Assembly: GCA_044351865.1 (NCBI GenBank)
Contig: JBILEY010000001.1
Location: 1-52,790 of the forward strand
Source of the DNA: Planctomycetota bacterium
GTDB taxonomy: Bacteria; Planctomycetota; UBA1135; UBA2386
Direction of reading: 5' to 3'
Length of the DNA: 52,790 nucleotides
Shown: in pieces, positions 10,332 through 18,427 of the stretch
Numbering within the stretch: the first letter of the stretch is position 1
Layout: each line of letters starts with the position of its first letter
The notes under the pieces: generated by a model
The model's database searches: none
Told to the model about the DNA's origin: nothing
What the model saw: the letters and a program-made list of their open reading frames with translations, nothing else
Program-made: the position numbers and the translations under genes

Positions 10332-11420
10332 ATGAACCCGTTCCGTCAAGCGATCCGTTCGCACGGCGCGCCGTCCCCGGCCCGCCTCGTGGCCGCAGTC
10401 CGTTCCGGGCTGCTGGCCGTCTCCGTCCCCGCCACGCTCGCCGCCTTCGTCGCCACCTCGGTCGCGACCTCGCTGCCAGCGCAGAGCCCGTTCGCCTCGT
10501 CGGTCGTGTCGTCGAACACGAACGGCGGGGCCGGCGGCGGCATCTTCAACCCGAGCAACGCGCTCGGCGCCCCAGGCGGCGCCACCAGCGTGCATTCGCT
10601 CGGCATCGGCGGCGAGCTGACGCTGCAGTTCGTGCCGCCGATCGTCGACCGGCCCGGCGCCGACCTGATCGTCGGCGAGAACCCGTTCCGCCTCGCGGGC
10701 ACGTGGTGGCAGACGTTCGCCGAGGTGGCGTTCGTCGAGGTTTCGAGCAACGGCGTCGACTTCGTGCGCTTCCCGGCGCGCTACTTCGGCGCCGTGACGT
10801 CGCCCGGTGCGTTCGGCACGGTGCCGGTCGGCGCCTACCAGAACCTCGCCGGCCAGACGCCGGTGCTGGCCGGGCCGCCGGGCATCGACGCGCGCGACGT
10901 CGTCGAAGCCGGCGGCGACGCGTTCGACCTCGGCGACCTCGCCGCCGAGCCGCTGGTGGCGAACGGCACCGTCGACCTGCAGGCGATCGCCTACGTGCGC
11001 CTCGTCGACGTCCAGAACGGCAGCTCGCTCGATGCCGTCGGTACGACGATCTTCGACGCCGGCAGCGGCAGCGCCGACATCGACTGCGTCACCGCGATCC
11101 ACCAGCAGGGGGCTACCGTCGGCAGCCCGCCGCGCATCGACCTCGCGATCGCGATCGACGGCACGATGACGATGCGGCTCGAGGATCCGGACGGCTGGCA
11201 GGACCTCGATCCGAGCAGCCTGCGCGGGGCGCTGTTCGGCATCCCGGTCGACGCGTTCGGCCTGCTGACGGCGTTCACGGTGGTGGCGGCCGACGCCACC
11301 GGCTTCTCGCTGGTGCAGCCGTTCCCGCTGCCGAACGACCTGCTGTTCACGCTGTCGTTCTCGGTCAAGGACCTCGCCGGCAACCGCAGCGGTCAGGCGC
11401 GCCCGCGGCCTACCTTCTGA
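10332..11420 (+). CDS. Secreted hypothetical protein under B12-riboswitch control
   Basis: The N-terminus is signal-like (LLAVSVPATLAAFVATSVATSLPAQS). Third codon positions are G/C-rich. Motifs ALGAPGGATSVHSLGIGGELTLQF ... ADLIVGENPF ... GGDAFDLGDL. I recognise no family. Confidence 0.7.
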   Translation: MNPFRQAIRSHGAPSPARLVAAVRSGLLAVSVPATLAAFVATSVATSLPAQSPFASSVVSSNTNGGAGGGIFNPSNALGAPGGATSVHSLGIGGELTLQFVPPIVDRPGADLIVGENPFRLAGTWWQTFAEVAFVEVSSNGVDFVRFPARYFGAVTSPGAFGTVPVGAYQNLAGQTPVLAGPPGIDARDVVEAGGDAFDLGDLAAEPLVANGTVDLQAIAYVRLVDVQNGSSLDAVGTTIFDAGSGSADIDCVTAIHQQGATVGSPPRIDLAIAIDGTMTMRLEDPDGWQDLDPSSLRGALFGIPVDAFGLLTAFTVVAADATGFSLVQPFPLPNDLLFTLSFSVKDLAGNRSGQARPRPTF

Positions 11421-11668
11421 TCCGAGCGCTCGCTGCCATCGCGAGCGGCGTCGGCGCCGGGTGGCGTCGGCGGCGCCGCGGCGCAGCGAGCGCAGACGCA
11501 TGCGACGCCGCGCGCCGCCGCTGGGATCCGCGCGAGCGTCGCCTCGGCGATCGTGGCACGAACGCACCAGCAGTCACTGCAGCGCGTGCCGCACCTGGCG
11601 GCGGCCGCAGCCGCGCAGGCGTTCGGCTCCCCGCACAGCGGGCACCGCTCCGGGTCGACGGTCGTCAT
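11393..11668 (-). CDS. Cysteine-rich CWC family protein
   Basis: CPLCGEPNAC ... CSDCWC pattern. It lies 55 nt downstream of the coiled-coil gene on the same strand. Its 3' end overlaps the convergent gene 10332..11420 by 28 nt. Confidence 0.6.
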   Translation of the reverse strand: MTTVDPERCPLCGEPNACAAAAAARCGTRCSDCWCVRATIAEATLARIPAAARGVACVCARCAAAPPTPPGADAARDGSERSDQKVGRGRA

Positions 11669-11723
11669 CGCCGCAGCTTCGTCGATCGACGCGGCCGCCG
11701 CCAGCGAGGGGCCGCGACGTCGC

Positions 11724-13199
11724 TCACGACTTCATCTGCTTCAGCTTGGCGATCGCGCCGAGCACGTTCTTGCCACCGGACGAACGGCTGCCCGTCTGGT
11801 AGCCGCCGCCGTCGGCTGCCTTGCCGTCGCCTGCGGCCGGAGCCGTCGGCGTCGGCGCTGCCGCCGGTGCACTCGGGGCAGTGGCCGCCGGCGGCGCGCT
11901 CGGTGCCGCCGCTGCGGGGGCTGCCGCTGGCGCTGGCGCTGCGGTGGTCGCGACGCGCACGCCGCTCTTCACCGCTGCGTGGATCTGCGCCACCGACGTC
12001 GCGACGGTGGCGACCTCGCGTTGGATGTCGCGCACCGCGTTCTCGAGGCCGCCGAGGTTGCCGTCGCGCAGCTGCACGATGCCGTCCTGCAGCCCACGCG
12101 TGGCCCGATCGAGCTTGTCCTGCAGTTCGCCCGCGGCCTTCTTCACGCCGTCGGCGCGCAGCAGCTCCTGCATCGTCTCGCGCGACTTCGTCGCCGACTC
12201 TTCGAGGCGCAGCAGGCTCTTGCGCACCTCGCTGTCCTCGAGCCGCTGCGCGATCGCGGCCATGCCGACTTCGAGGCGACCGACCTGCTGCTGCAGCGGC
12301 TGCAGGGCCGCGGCCGGCGACTGACCGGCCAGGGCCTCGACCTTCTGCACCAGCTTCAGCATGTTGTTCTGCAGGTCGGCGAGATCCTGCTTGCCGGCCG
12401 GGCTCTTCAGCTGCGTCTCCATGCGCAGCAGCGCCGAACGCGAACTCTCGCCGTTCGCTTCGACCTGGCTCTTCACCGTCGCCAACACGCCGGCGAGGTC
12501 GGTGCCCTGATTGGCGATCTCCATCAGGGGCTTGCCGTACATCTTGAAGGCCTTCGTCAGGTTGTTCAGCTTCTCGTCCTGCCGCTGCAGGGCGAGCATC
12601 ACGTGCTGGAGGTCTTCTTCGCCGGCGACCGGGCGCTCGTTGGTCGACGCTTGCGCCGACAGCAGGCCGTGCAGCCCCTGGTGCAGCTTCTCGGCTTCGG
12701 CGGCGCGGCGCACCTCGGCGTCGTCGAGCTTCTGCTGCAGGCGCGCCGTGCGGCGCATGCTGGCGCCGGCGGCGACCAGCACGAGACCGCAGACGAACAG
12801 TCCCTGCGGGCCGAAACCCTGGTTGGTGAGTGCGGCGACGGCGTCGACCGGCAGGCGCGGCATCAGCAGCGCGAATGCCGCGGTCAGCACGCCGGCGCCG
12901 AGGAACAGGCCGCCGCCAGGGCTGCTGGCAGGCCGGCGGTGCAGCGCGCGACCGCGGGCGGTGCGGCTCGGCGGTGCGGCCTTGGCGACGGCGGCGGCTT
13001 CGTCCGTCGGAGCCTCCGGGCTCGCTTCGGCGCCGACGGTCGACGTGGCGTCGTTCTCGTCCGCAGGAAGCGGGGCTGCGTCCTCGGCAGGAAGCGCCTC
13101 CGTTCCTTCGGTGGCGACCGTGCTCTCGGCCTCGGTCGCGGTCGACGTCTCGAGGAAGCTGGGCAAGTCGGCCCGCTTTTGGTCCTGCGTTCTCTTCAT
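11724..13199 (-). CDS. Membrane-anchored coiled-coil protein with an Ala/Pro-rich tail and a C-terminal amphipathic helix; function unknown
   Basis: Start at MKRTQDQKRADL. The layout is an acidic N-terminal region, two hydrophobic helices (GLFLGAGVLTAAFALLM, LFVCGLVLVAAGASM), a long heptad-like region, an (A/P)n tract and then GGKNVLGAIAKLKQMKS. Confidence 0.65.
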   Translation of the reverse strand: MKRTQDQKRADLPSFLETSTATEAESTVATEGTEALPAEDAAPLPADENDATSTVGAEASPEAPTDEAAAVAKAAPPSRTARGRALHRRPASSPGGGLFLGAGVLTAAFALLMPRLPVDAVAALTNQGFGPQGLFVCGLVLVAAGASMRRTARLQQKLDDAEVRRAAEAEKLHQGLHGLLSAQASTNERPVAGEEDLQHVMLALQRQDEKLNNLTKAFKMYGKPLMEIANQGTDLAGVLATVKSQVEANGESSRSALLRMETQLKSPAGKQDLADLQNNMLKLVQKVEALAGQSPAAALQPLQQQVGRLEVGMAAIAQRLEDSEVRKSLLRLEESATKSRETMQELLRADGVKKAAGELQDKLDRATRGLQDGIVQLRDGNLGGLENAVRDIQREVATVATSVAQIHAAVKSGVRVATTAAPAPAAAPAAAAPSAPPAATAPSAPAAAPTPTAPAAGDGKAADGGGYQTGSRSSGGKNVLGAIAKLKQMKS

Positions 13200-13302
13200 G
13201 GTGTTGGCGCTGCCTCGCGTCGGAGATCGGCAGTTGGGCCGGAGGGGATGAAGCAGGCGTGTTGCAAACTGCGTCACCGTCCCCGAAAACCTCGTGCCAC
13301 CG

Positions 13303-15069
13303 ATGGCTCGCAAGCTGAAAGGCATCGCCGCCGCGCGCGGAGTCGCGATCGCACCGATCGTGCACTTCCACACGACGCTCGACCACATCCCGACGTGGAA
13401 GGTCGCGGACGGCGCCGTCGAGGCCGAGAAGGCCCGCTTGCAGGGCGCGGTCGACAACGTCGCCCGCAACCTGGTGCAGCTGCAGCAGGAGTTGGCCGGC
13501 TCGCTCGGCAAGCACGACGTGCGCATCTACGACGCGCAGCTGGCGATCCTGCACGACCAGACGTTCCAGCGCGACGTCGGCAACGAGGTCGAGCAGCACC
13601 GCGTCAACCTCGAGGTGGCGCTGCAGCGGGTCATCGCCCGCTACGAGGGCGTGTTCGCGGCGATGGAGAACCCGGCGATGCGCGAGCGCGCCGCCGACCT
13701 GCGCGACATCGGCCGCCAGCTGGTCGGCGCGCTGGTCGCTTCCGAACGGCAGAAGTACACCGCCAACGGCTGCGACTACCTGTTCGCCGCCGACGAGTTC
13801 CTGCCCAGCGACGCCGGCCTGCTCGACCGTGCGCACATCCGCGGCATCGTCACCGCGCACGGCGGCAAGTACTCGCACGGCGCCATCCTCGCGCGATCGC
13901 TCGGCATCCCGGCCGTGGTCGGCATCGACCAGATCATGCTGGAGTCGAGCACCGGCTCGCAGGCGATCGTCGACGGCGACGCCGGCATTGTGATCCTCGA
14001 GCCGTCGGCGGAGGACCTCGCCGACTACGAGCAGCGCCTGCGCGAGCAGCACGCCGTCGACCGCCGCATCGCCGAGGTTCGCTTCCAGCCGTCGGTGACG
14101 CCGGACGGGGTCGCCGTCGGCTTGTTCGCCAACGCCGAGGGTGTGCGCGACCTCGACGGGCTCGAGGTCGACGTCATCGCCGGCATCGGCCTGTTCCGCA
14201 CCGAGTTCGCGTTCATGGAGCGGCGGCAGTTCCCGAGCGAGAACGAGCAGGTGGCGATGTACCGCCGCGCGATGGAAGGGGCGAAGGGCAAGCCGGTGAC
14301 GTTCCGCACGCTGGACGTCGGTGGCGACAAGCCGCTGGGCTACTTCCGCATGCCCGAGGAACGCAACCCGGTGCTCGGTTGGCGCGGCATCCGCCTGTGC
14401 CTCGACTGGCCGGACATCCTCTACACGCAGATGCGTGCGATCCTCCGCGCCAGCGCCCTCGGCCACGCGCGCATCCTGCTGCCGATGGTCACCACGCGCA
14501 GCGAGGTCGTGCGCTGCCGCGAAGTGCTCGACCAGCTGAAGGCGGACCTGAAGGCCACCGGCGTGCCGTTCGATCCCGAGATCGAACTCGGCGTCATGGT
14601 CGAGGTGCCGGTGCTGGTGCCGGTGCTGCCCGACGTGCTGCCGATCGCCGACTTCGTGTCGGTCGGCACCAACGACCTGGTGCAGTACCTGCTGGCGATC
14701 GACCGCGACAACCAGCGGGTGGCGAAGATGTACGACCCGTTCCATCCGGGCGTGCTGCGCGTGCTGCAGCAGATCGCGGTCGCCGCCAACGCCGCCGGCA
14801 AGAGCGCGTCGATCTGCGGCGAGATCGCCGGCGACCACTGGTTCACGCCGATCCTGGTGGGGCTCGGCTACCGCGAGCTGTCGATGGCGCCGGTGTTCCT
14901 GCCCCGCGTCAAGCTGATGCTGCGAAGCTTCACCCTCGCCGAGTGCGAGGCGCTGGCGGCGCGCGCGCTGGCGATGTCGTCGACCGGGGCGGTGCGGCGC
15001 CTGGTGCAGGAGGAGATCCAGCCGCGCTGGTCGCAGAAGCTGGTCACCGGGGTCGAGGAGGCACGGTGA
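13303..15069 (+). CDS. ptsI: Phosphoenolpyruvate-protein phosphotransferase (PTS enzyme I)
   Basis: Active-site His motif GIVTAHGGKYSHGAILARSLGIPAVVG and Cys motif SVGTNDLVQYLLAIDR. A GTG at 13294 is an alternative start. Confidence 0.9.
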   Translation: MARKLKGIAAARGVAIAPIVHFHTTLDHIPTWKVADGAVEAEKARLQGAVDNVARNLVQLQQELAGSLGKHDVRIYDAQLAILHDQTFQRDVGNEVEQHRVNLEVALQRVIARYEGVFAAMENPAMRERAADLRDIGRQLVGALVASERQKYTANGCDYLFAADEFLPSDAGLLDRAHIRGIVTAHGGKYSHGAILARSLGIPAVVGIDQIMLESSTGSQAIVDGDAGIVILEPSAEDLADYEQRLREQHAVDRRIAEVRFQPSVTPDGVAVGLFANAEGVRDLDGLEVDVIAGIGLFRTEFAFMERRQFPSENEQVAMYRRAMEGAKGKPVTFRTLDVGGDKPLGYFRMPEERNPVLGWRGIRLCLDWPDILYTQMRAILRASALGHARILLPMVTTRSEVVRCREVLDQLKADLKATGVPFDPEIELGVMVEVPVLVPVLPDVLPIADFVSVGTNDLVQYLLAIDRDNQRVAKMYDPFHPGVLRVLQQIAVAANAAGKSASICGEIAGDHWFTPILVGLGYRELSMAPVFLPRVKLMLRSFTLAECEALAARALAMSSTGAVRRLVQEEIQPRWSQKLVTGVEEAR

Positions 15070-15821
15070 ACGAGCCGCGCGGGTTGCGGCGGGGCAACTG
15101 GTCGGTCACGGAGCTGGAGCGCTTGCGCCAGCTGCTGCCGCGCCGCGGTGTCGAGGCGATGGCGGCGTTGCTGCGGCGCTCGGTCGCCAGCGTGCAGCGC
15201 AAGGCGGCCGAGATGTTGCGCGTGCCCCCGCGTCGCGGCGACTGGACTGCGAGCGACGAGCAGATGCTGCGCGAGTCGTTCGGCGCGCTCGACCTGCACC
15301 TGCTGTCGTTGGCGCTCGGGCGGCAGCCGGCCGACGTGCGGCGCCGGGCGGAGTTGCTGCGCGCCAACGTGCGCCACGGCCCCTGGACCCGCGCCGAGGA
15401 GTTGCTGCTGAAGGACCTCTACGGCACGCGCTTCGACGCCGACCTCGAGGTGAGCCTGTCGCGGTCCGCCGCCGACATCGTCGCCGCCGCCAGGCGGTTG
15501 TGCCTTGCCAAGGACAAGCGGTTCGCCGCCCGGGCCGAGCCGGACGAGGTCGCGCCGCAACGCATGCCGCGCTGGACGGCGGCCGAGGTCGAGCACCTGC
15601 GTGCTTGCTATCCGGACCGCCCGAACCTCGAGGTCGCGCGGTTGCTCGGCCGCACGGTCACCAGCGTCGCCAACAAGGCGAACCTGCTCGGGCTGAAGAA
15701 GGCGCCCCAGGTGCTGGCCGACATCGGCCGCAAGAACGTCGGCCTGCGCTACGGCCGCGACGACTCTGGAGCGGGCTCGGTGGGCGGCGAGGCCGCGGCC
15801 GACGGCGCCAGCAGCTCGTAG
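15066..15821 (+). CDS. Protein of four tandem Myb/SANT-like (GcrA N-terminal-like) helix-turn-helix repeats
   Basis: GTG 15066 overlaps the ptsI stop (GTGA). There are four ~46-aa repeats: RRGNWSVTELERLRQLL..., RRGDWTASDEQMLRESF..., RHGPWTRAEELLLKDLY..., MPRWTAAEVEHLRACYPDRPNLEVARLLGRTVTSVANKANLLGL. Third codon positions are strongly G/C-rich. Confidence 0.7.
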   Translation: MNEPRGLRRGNWSVTELERLRQLLPRRGVEAMAALLRRSVASVQRKAAEMLRVPPRRGDWTASDEQMLRESFGALDLHLLSLALGRQPADVRRRAELLRANVRHGPWTRAEELLLKDLYGTRFDADLEVSLSRSAADIVAAARRLCLAKDKRFAARAEPDEVAPQRMPRWTAAEVEHLRACYPDRPNLEVARLLGRTVTSVANKANLLGLKKAPQVLADIGRKNVGLRYGRDDSGAGSVGGEAAADGASSS

Positions 15822-15936
15822 TCCGGCGGCCCGACCGTTGGCACCGCACGTTCCTCCGGGCGCCGCCGGCACGGCCGTGCTTTCCCGACACACGCCTCAA
15901 CTTCGCTGCGGTCGACGGTCGATGCAGCAGGAGCGC

Positions 15937-15954
15937 GGAACCCCGTCAGGTTCC
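15937..15954 (+). promoter_or_regulatory. Leader hairpin GGAACC-N6-GGTTCC just upstream of the STAS gene Shine-Dalgarno sequence
   Basis: A perfect 6-bp inverted repeat lies 5 nt upstream of GAGG (15960-15963), and the ATG is at 15970. Function unknown. Confidence 0.2.
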
Positions 15955-15969
15955 GACACGAGGTACGTC

Positions 15970-16359
15970 ATGGAAATCGTGGGTAAGAAGAGCCAAGGCC
16001 TGTCGGTCACGACGCTCAAGGACGACAAGACGGTCATCATCTCGTTCAATGACCGCAGCCTGAACTTCTACGTCACCGACTCCCTGAAGGAGTCGTTGAA
16101 GGAGACGATCAACGGCAAGATCGAGGACGGCTATCAGCATTTCGTGCTGAACCTCGACAACGTCAAGATCATCGACTCCTGCGGAGTCGGGCTGATCATC
16201 GTCGCCAACAACGTGACGTCGTCGCGCAACTGCAAGCTCTACCTGAGCAACATCAAGCCGTTCATCGTGAAGATCTTCGAGATCATGCGGATCTCGAAGC
16301 ACCTCGCGATCTACGACAAGGAAGACGACGCGCTGGCCGCCATCAAGGGCGCGCAGTAG
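15970..16359 (+). CDS. STAS domain protein (anti-sigma-factor antagonist family)
   Basis: MEIVGKK...HFVLNLDNVKIIDSCGVGLIIVANN...FEIMRISKHLAIYDKEDDAL carries the conserved DS.G.G phosphorylation-loop motif. A GAGG Shine-Dalgarno sequence lies 6 nt upstream. Confidence 0.85.
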   Translation: MEIVGKKSQGLSVTTLKDDKTVIISFNDRSLNFYVTDSLKESLKETINGKIEDGYQHFVLNLDNVKIIDSCGVGLIIVANNVTSSRNCKLYLSNIKPFIVKIFEIMRISKHLAIYDKEDDALAAIKGAQ

Positions 16360-16436
16360 CGACCTCCTCGCCGTCGTAGGGCTTGACCGGGTGCGGGCGT
16401 GCCCAGCACTCCGCTTCCCGATCGGTTCGTCTCCGC

Positions 16437-17999
16437 ATGGCCACGACCGCGAGCATCCTGATCGTCGACCCTGGTGCAGCCGCACCGTGGTTGCACGATC
16501 GACTGACCGCGCTCGGTGCTTTGGTGTCCGTGACGGCGGACGCCGGTGGGGCGCTGCACGCCCTGGAAGTCGACCGTCCTCTCGCCCTGTGCCTCGTCGA
16601 CGCCGGCGACGCAGGCGAACGACTCGTCGAAGCAGCGCGGCGCCACGGGGTGCCATTGCTGCTGGCCGGCTCGGATGCCGCGGCCGAACTCTACGAACGG
16701 GCCCTCGCCGCGGGTGCGTTCGGCGTGATCGCCGGCGACGGCACCGCGGCGCAGGCCGCGGCCTTGCTGGCGCGTCTCGCAGCGGCGCGCGCCGAGGCCG
16801 ACCCGCTGCACGAAGAGGTGCGGCGGCTGCGGTTTCAGTCGGAGGAGCTGCGGCGGCGATGTGCGCAGCAGGCCGAGCGCTTCCAGGAGAACCAGGAGAC
16901 CTTCTTCCTCGACCTGTCGCGGATGATGACCATCATCACCAACATCATGGACGGCATCGTCTTCGTCGACCGTGCCGGCAACGTCACGCTGATGAACCCG
17001 GTCGCCGAGGATCTGCTCGGCGCCAAGTCGTTCGTCGCGATCGGCAAGCCGCTGGCCACGCTGCAGGGGCGCCGCGACCTGCTGCAGACGCTGGCCGCCG
17101 ACCATGCGCGCATGGGCACGCAGAAGGAGGTCGTGCAGACGGTGGAAGTGCACCACAGCGAGCAGGACCTGCTCTACATCAAGTGCATGACCAGTCGCGT
17201 GCTCGACTACCGCGGCCAGCCGGCTGGTGTGCTGACGGTGCTGCGCGACGTCACCGCCGAGTTCAAGACCGACCAGCTGAAGAACCAGTACCTGTCGATC
17301 GTCGCACACGAGCTGCGCACGCCGCTGACCGGCATCAAGACGTTCGCGACGATGCTGACGAAGGGCACGCTGGGCTCGCTGACCGAGCGCCAGTCCCGCG
17401 TCTGCGACTCGATCCGCGAGCAGTCGGTGCGGCTCGAGCACCAGATCGACAAGCTGATCAACCTCGGCAACCTCGAGTCGGCCGACTACGGCCAGGACCG
17501 CGAGGTGATCCCGGTGGTGGAGTTCGCCGCCGGCATGCTGGCGCCGTTCGAGCAACCGGCGCGCGACCGGCGCATCCAGCTGTCCTTCCACATGGACCCG
17601 ACCGAGGAGTGCCTGTTCGCCGATCGCGCCGACCTGCGGCGCGCTTGCCAGGCGCTGGTCGAGAACGCGGTCAAGTTCGCGCGCGACGGCGGCGTCGTCG
17701 AGGTCGGCATCGAGCGGCAGGGCGGCGAGCTGCGGTTCCGCGTCAAGGACGACGGCATCGGCATCGACCCGCGCTACCACCGCCGCATCTTCGAGAAGTT
17801 CTTCCAGGTCGAGGACCCGCTGACCCGCCACCACGGCGGTGCCGGCCTCGGCCTGTTCGTCGCCCGTGGCATCGTCGAAGCACACGGAAGTCGCATCGAG
17901 GTCTCCAGCCAGCTGGGGCAAGGTGCCGATTTCTCCTTCGCGCTGCCCGTGCACCGGCAGCTGGTGCCCGCCGTGTCGTCCGCTATCCAGTCGCAGTGA
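16437..17999 (+). CDS. Sensor histidine kinase with a degenerate N-terminal receiver-like domain and a PAS domain
   Basis: H-box SIVAHELRTPLTGI, N-box LVENAVKFA, G-boxes DDGIGID and GGAGLGLFVARGIV. A PAS-like segment is NIMDGIVFVDRAGNVTLMNPVAEDLLG. The N-terminal ILIVDPG...LCLVDAGD... lacks the conserved Lys. Confidence 0.88.
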   Translation: MATTASILIVDPGAAAPWLHDRLTALGALVSVTADAGGALHALEVDRPLALCLVDAGDAGERLVEAARRHGVPLLLAGSDAAAELYERALAAGAFGVIAGDGTAAQAAALLARLAAARAEADPLHEEVRRLRFQSEELRRRCAQQAERFQENQETFFLDLSRMMTIITNIMDGIVFVDRAGNVTLMNPVAEDLLGAKSFVAIGKPLATLQGRRDLLQTLAADHARMGTQKEVVQTVEVHHSEQDLLYIKCMTSRVLDYRGQPAGVLTVLRDVTAEFKTDQLKNQYLSIVAHELRTPLTGIKTFATMLTKGTLGSLTERQSRVCDSIREQSVRLEHQIDKLINLGNLESADYGQDREVIPVVEFAAGMLAPFEQPARDRRIQLSFHMDPTEECLFADRADLRRACQALVENAVKFARDGGVVEVGIERQGGELRFRVKDDGIGIDPRYHRRIFEKFFQVEDPLTRHHGGAGLGLFVARGIVEAHGSRIEVSSQLGQGADFSFALPVHRQLVPAVSSAIQSQ

Positions 18000-18006
18000 G
18001 TTCCGT

Positions 18007-18381
18007 ATGCAACGAACCGTCCTGATCATCGAAGACGAGAAGCTGATCATCGTCTCCACCCAGATGGTGCTCGAGGCAGCGGGCTTCCGCGTCGAGTCCG
18101 CGACCAACGGCGAGGACGGCATCGCCAAGGCCAAGGGCCAGAGCCCCGACCTGATCCTGCTCGACATCATGATGCCGGGCATCGACGGCTGGGAGACGCT
18201 GACCCGCCTGAAGCGCGACGCCGCGACCGCCGGCATCCCGGTGGTGATCTTCACCGCGCGCGAGCATTCGCGCGGCCATCAGAAGAGCGCCGAGATGGGG
18301 GCCGCGGACTACTTCCGCAAGCCGTTCGAACCCGACGAGCTGATCGAGCTGGTCGAGAAGCACTGCGGCCAGAAGGCCTGA
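18007..18381 (+). CDS. Single-domain response regulator (CheY-like)
   Basis: VLIIEDEKLI...PDLILLDIMMPGIDGWE...IPVVIFTA...ADYFRKPFEPDEL. It starts 7 nt after the kinase stop. Confidence 0.9.
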   Translation: MQRTVLIIEDEKLIIVSTQMVLEAAGFRVESATNGEDGIAKAKGQSPDLILLDIMMPGIDGWETLTRLKRDAATAGIPVVIFTAREHSRGHQKSAEMGAADYFRKPFEPDELIELVEKHCGQKA

Positions 18382-18427
18382 GACCCGGCCGCTCGCTCCG
18401 GCCGCCGACGGCCGACGGAGGTTCCAC

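Noticed and set aside
11553-15821. 1422-aa plus-strand ORF spanning the coiled-coil gene, ptsI and the Myb-repeat gene
   Set aside because: The frame is open by chance through GC-rich sequence. Only the last 756 nt (15066-15821) show repeat structure, G/C-rich third codon positions and start coupling. The rest conflicts with ptsI in another frame and with the minus-strand coiled-coil gene.
15839-15854. Sigma-54-like TGGCAC-N5-GTTCC upstream of the STAS gene
   Set aside because: The -12 element lacks the GC dinucleotide at the required position (GTTC instead of TTGC). No enhancer-binding protein gene is nearby.
15970-16359. GC trough over the STAS gene as a sign of horizontal transfer or a mobile insert
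   Set aside because: Third codon positions remain G/C-biased (aag, atc, aac, gac, ctg). The lower GC therefore comes from a Lys/Ile/Asn-rich amino-acid composition, not foreign codon usage. There are no flanking repeats or integrase.
16391-18025. 544-aa ORF in another frame over the histidine kinase gene
   Set aside because: The translation is Arg/Pro/Ala-rich with no kinase motifs. The 16437-17999 frame contains complete H, N and G boxes.
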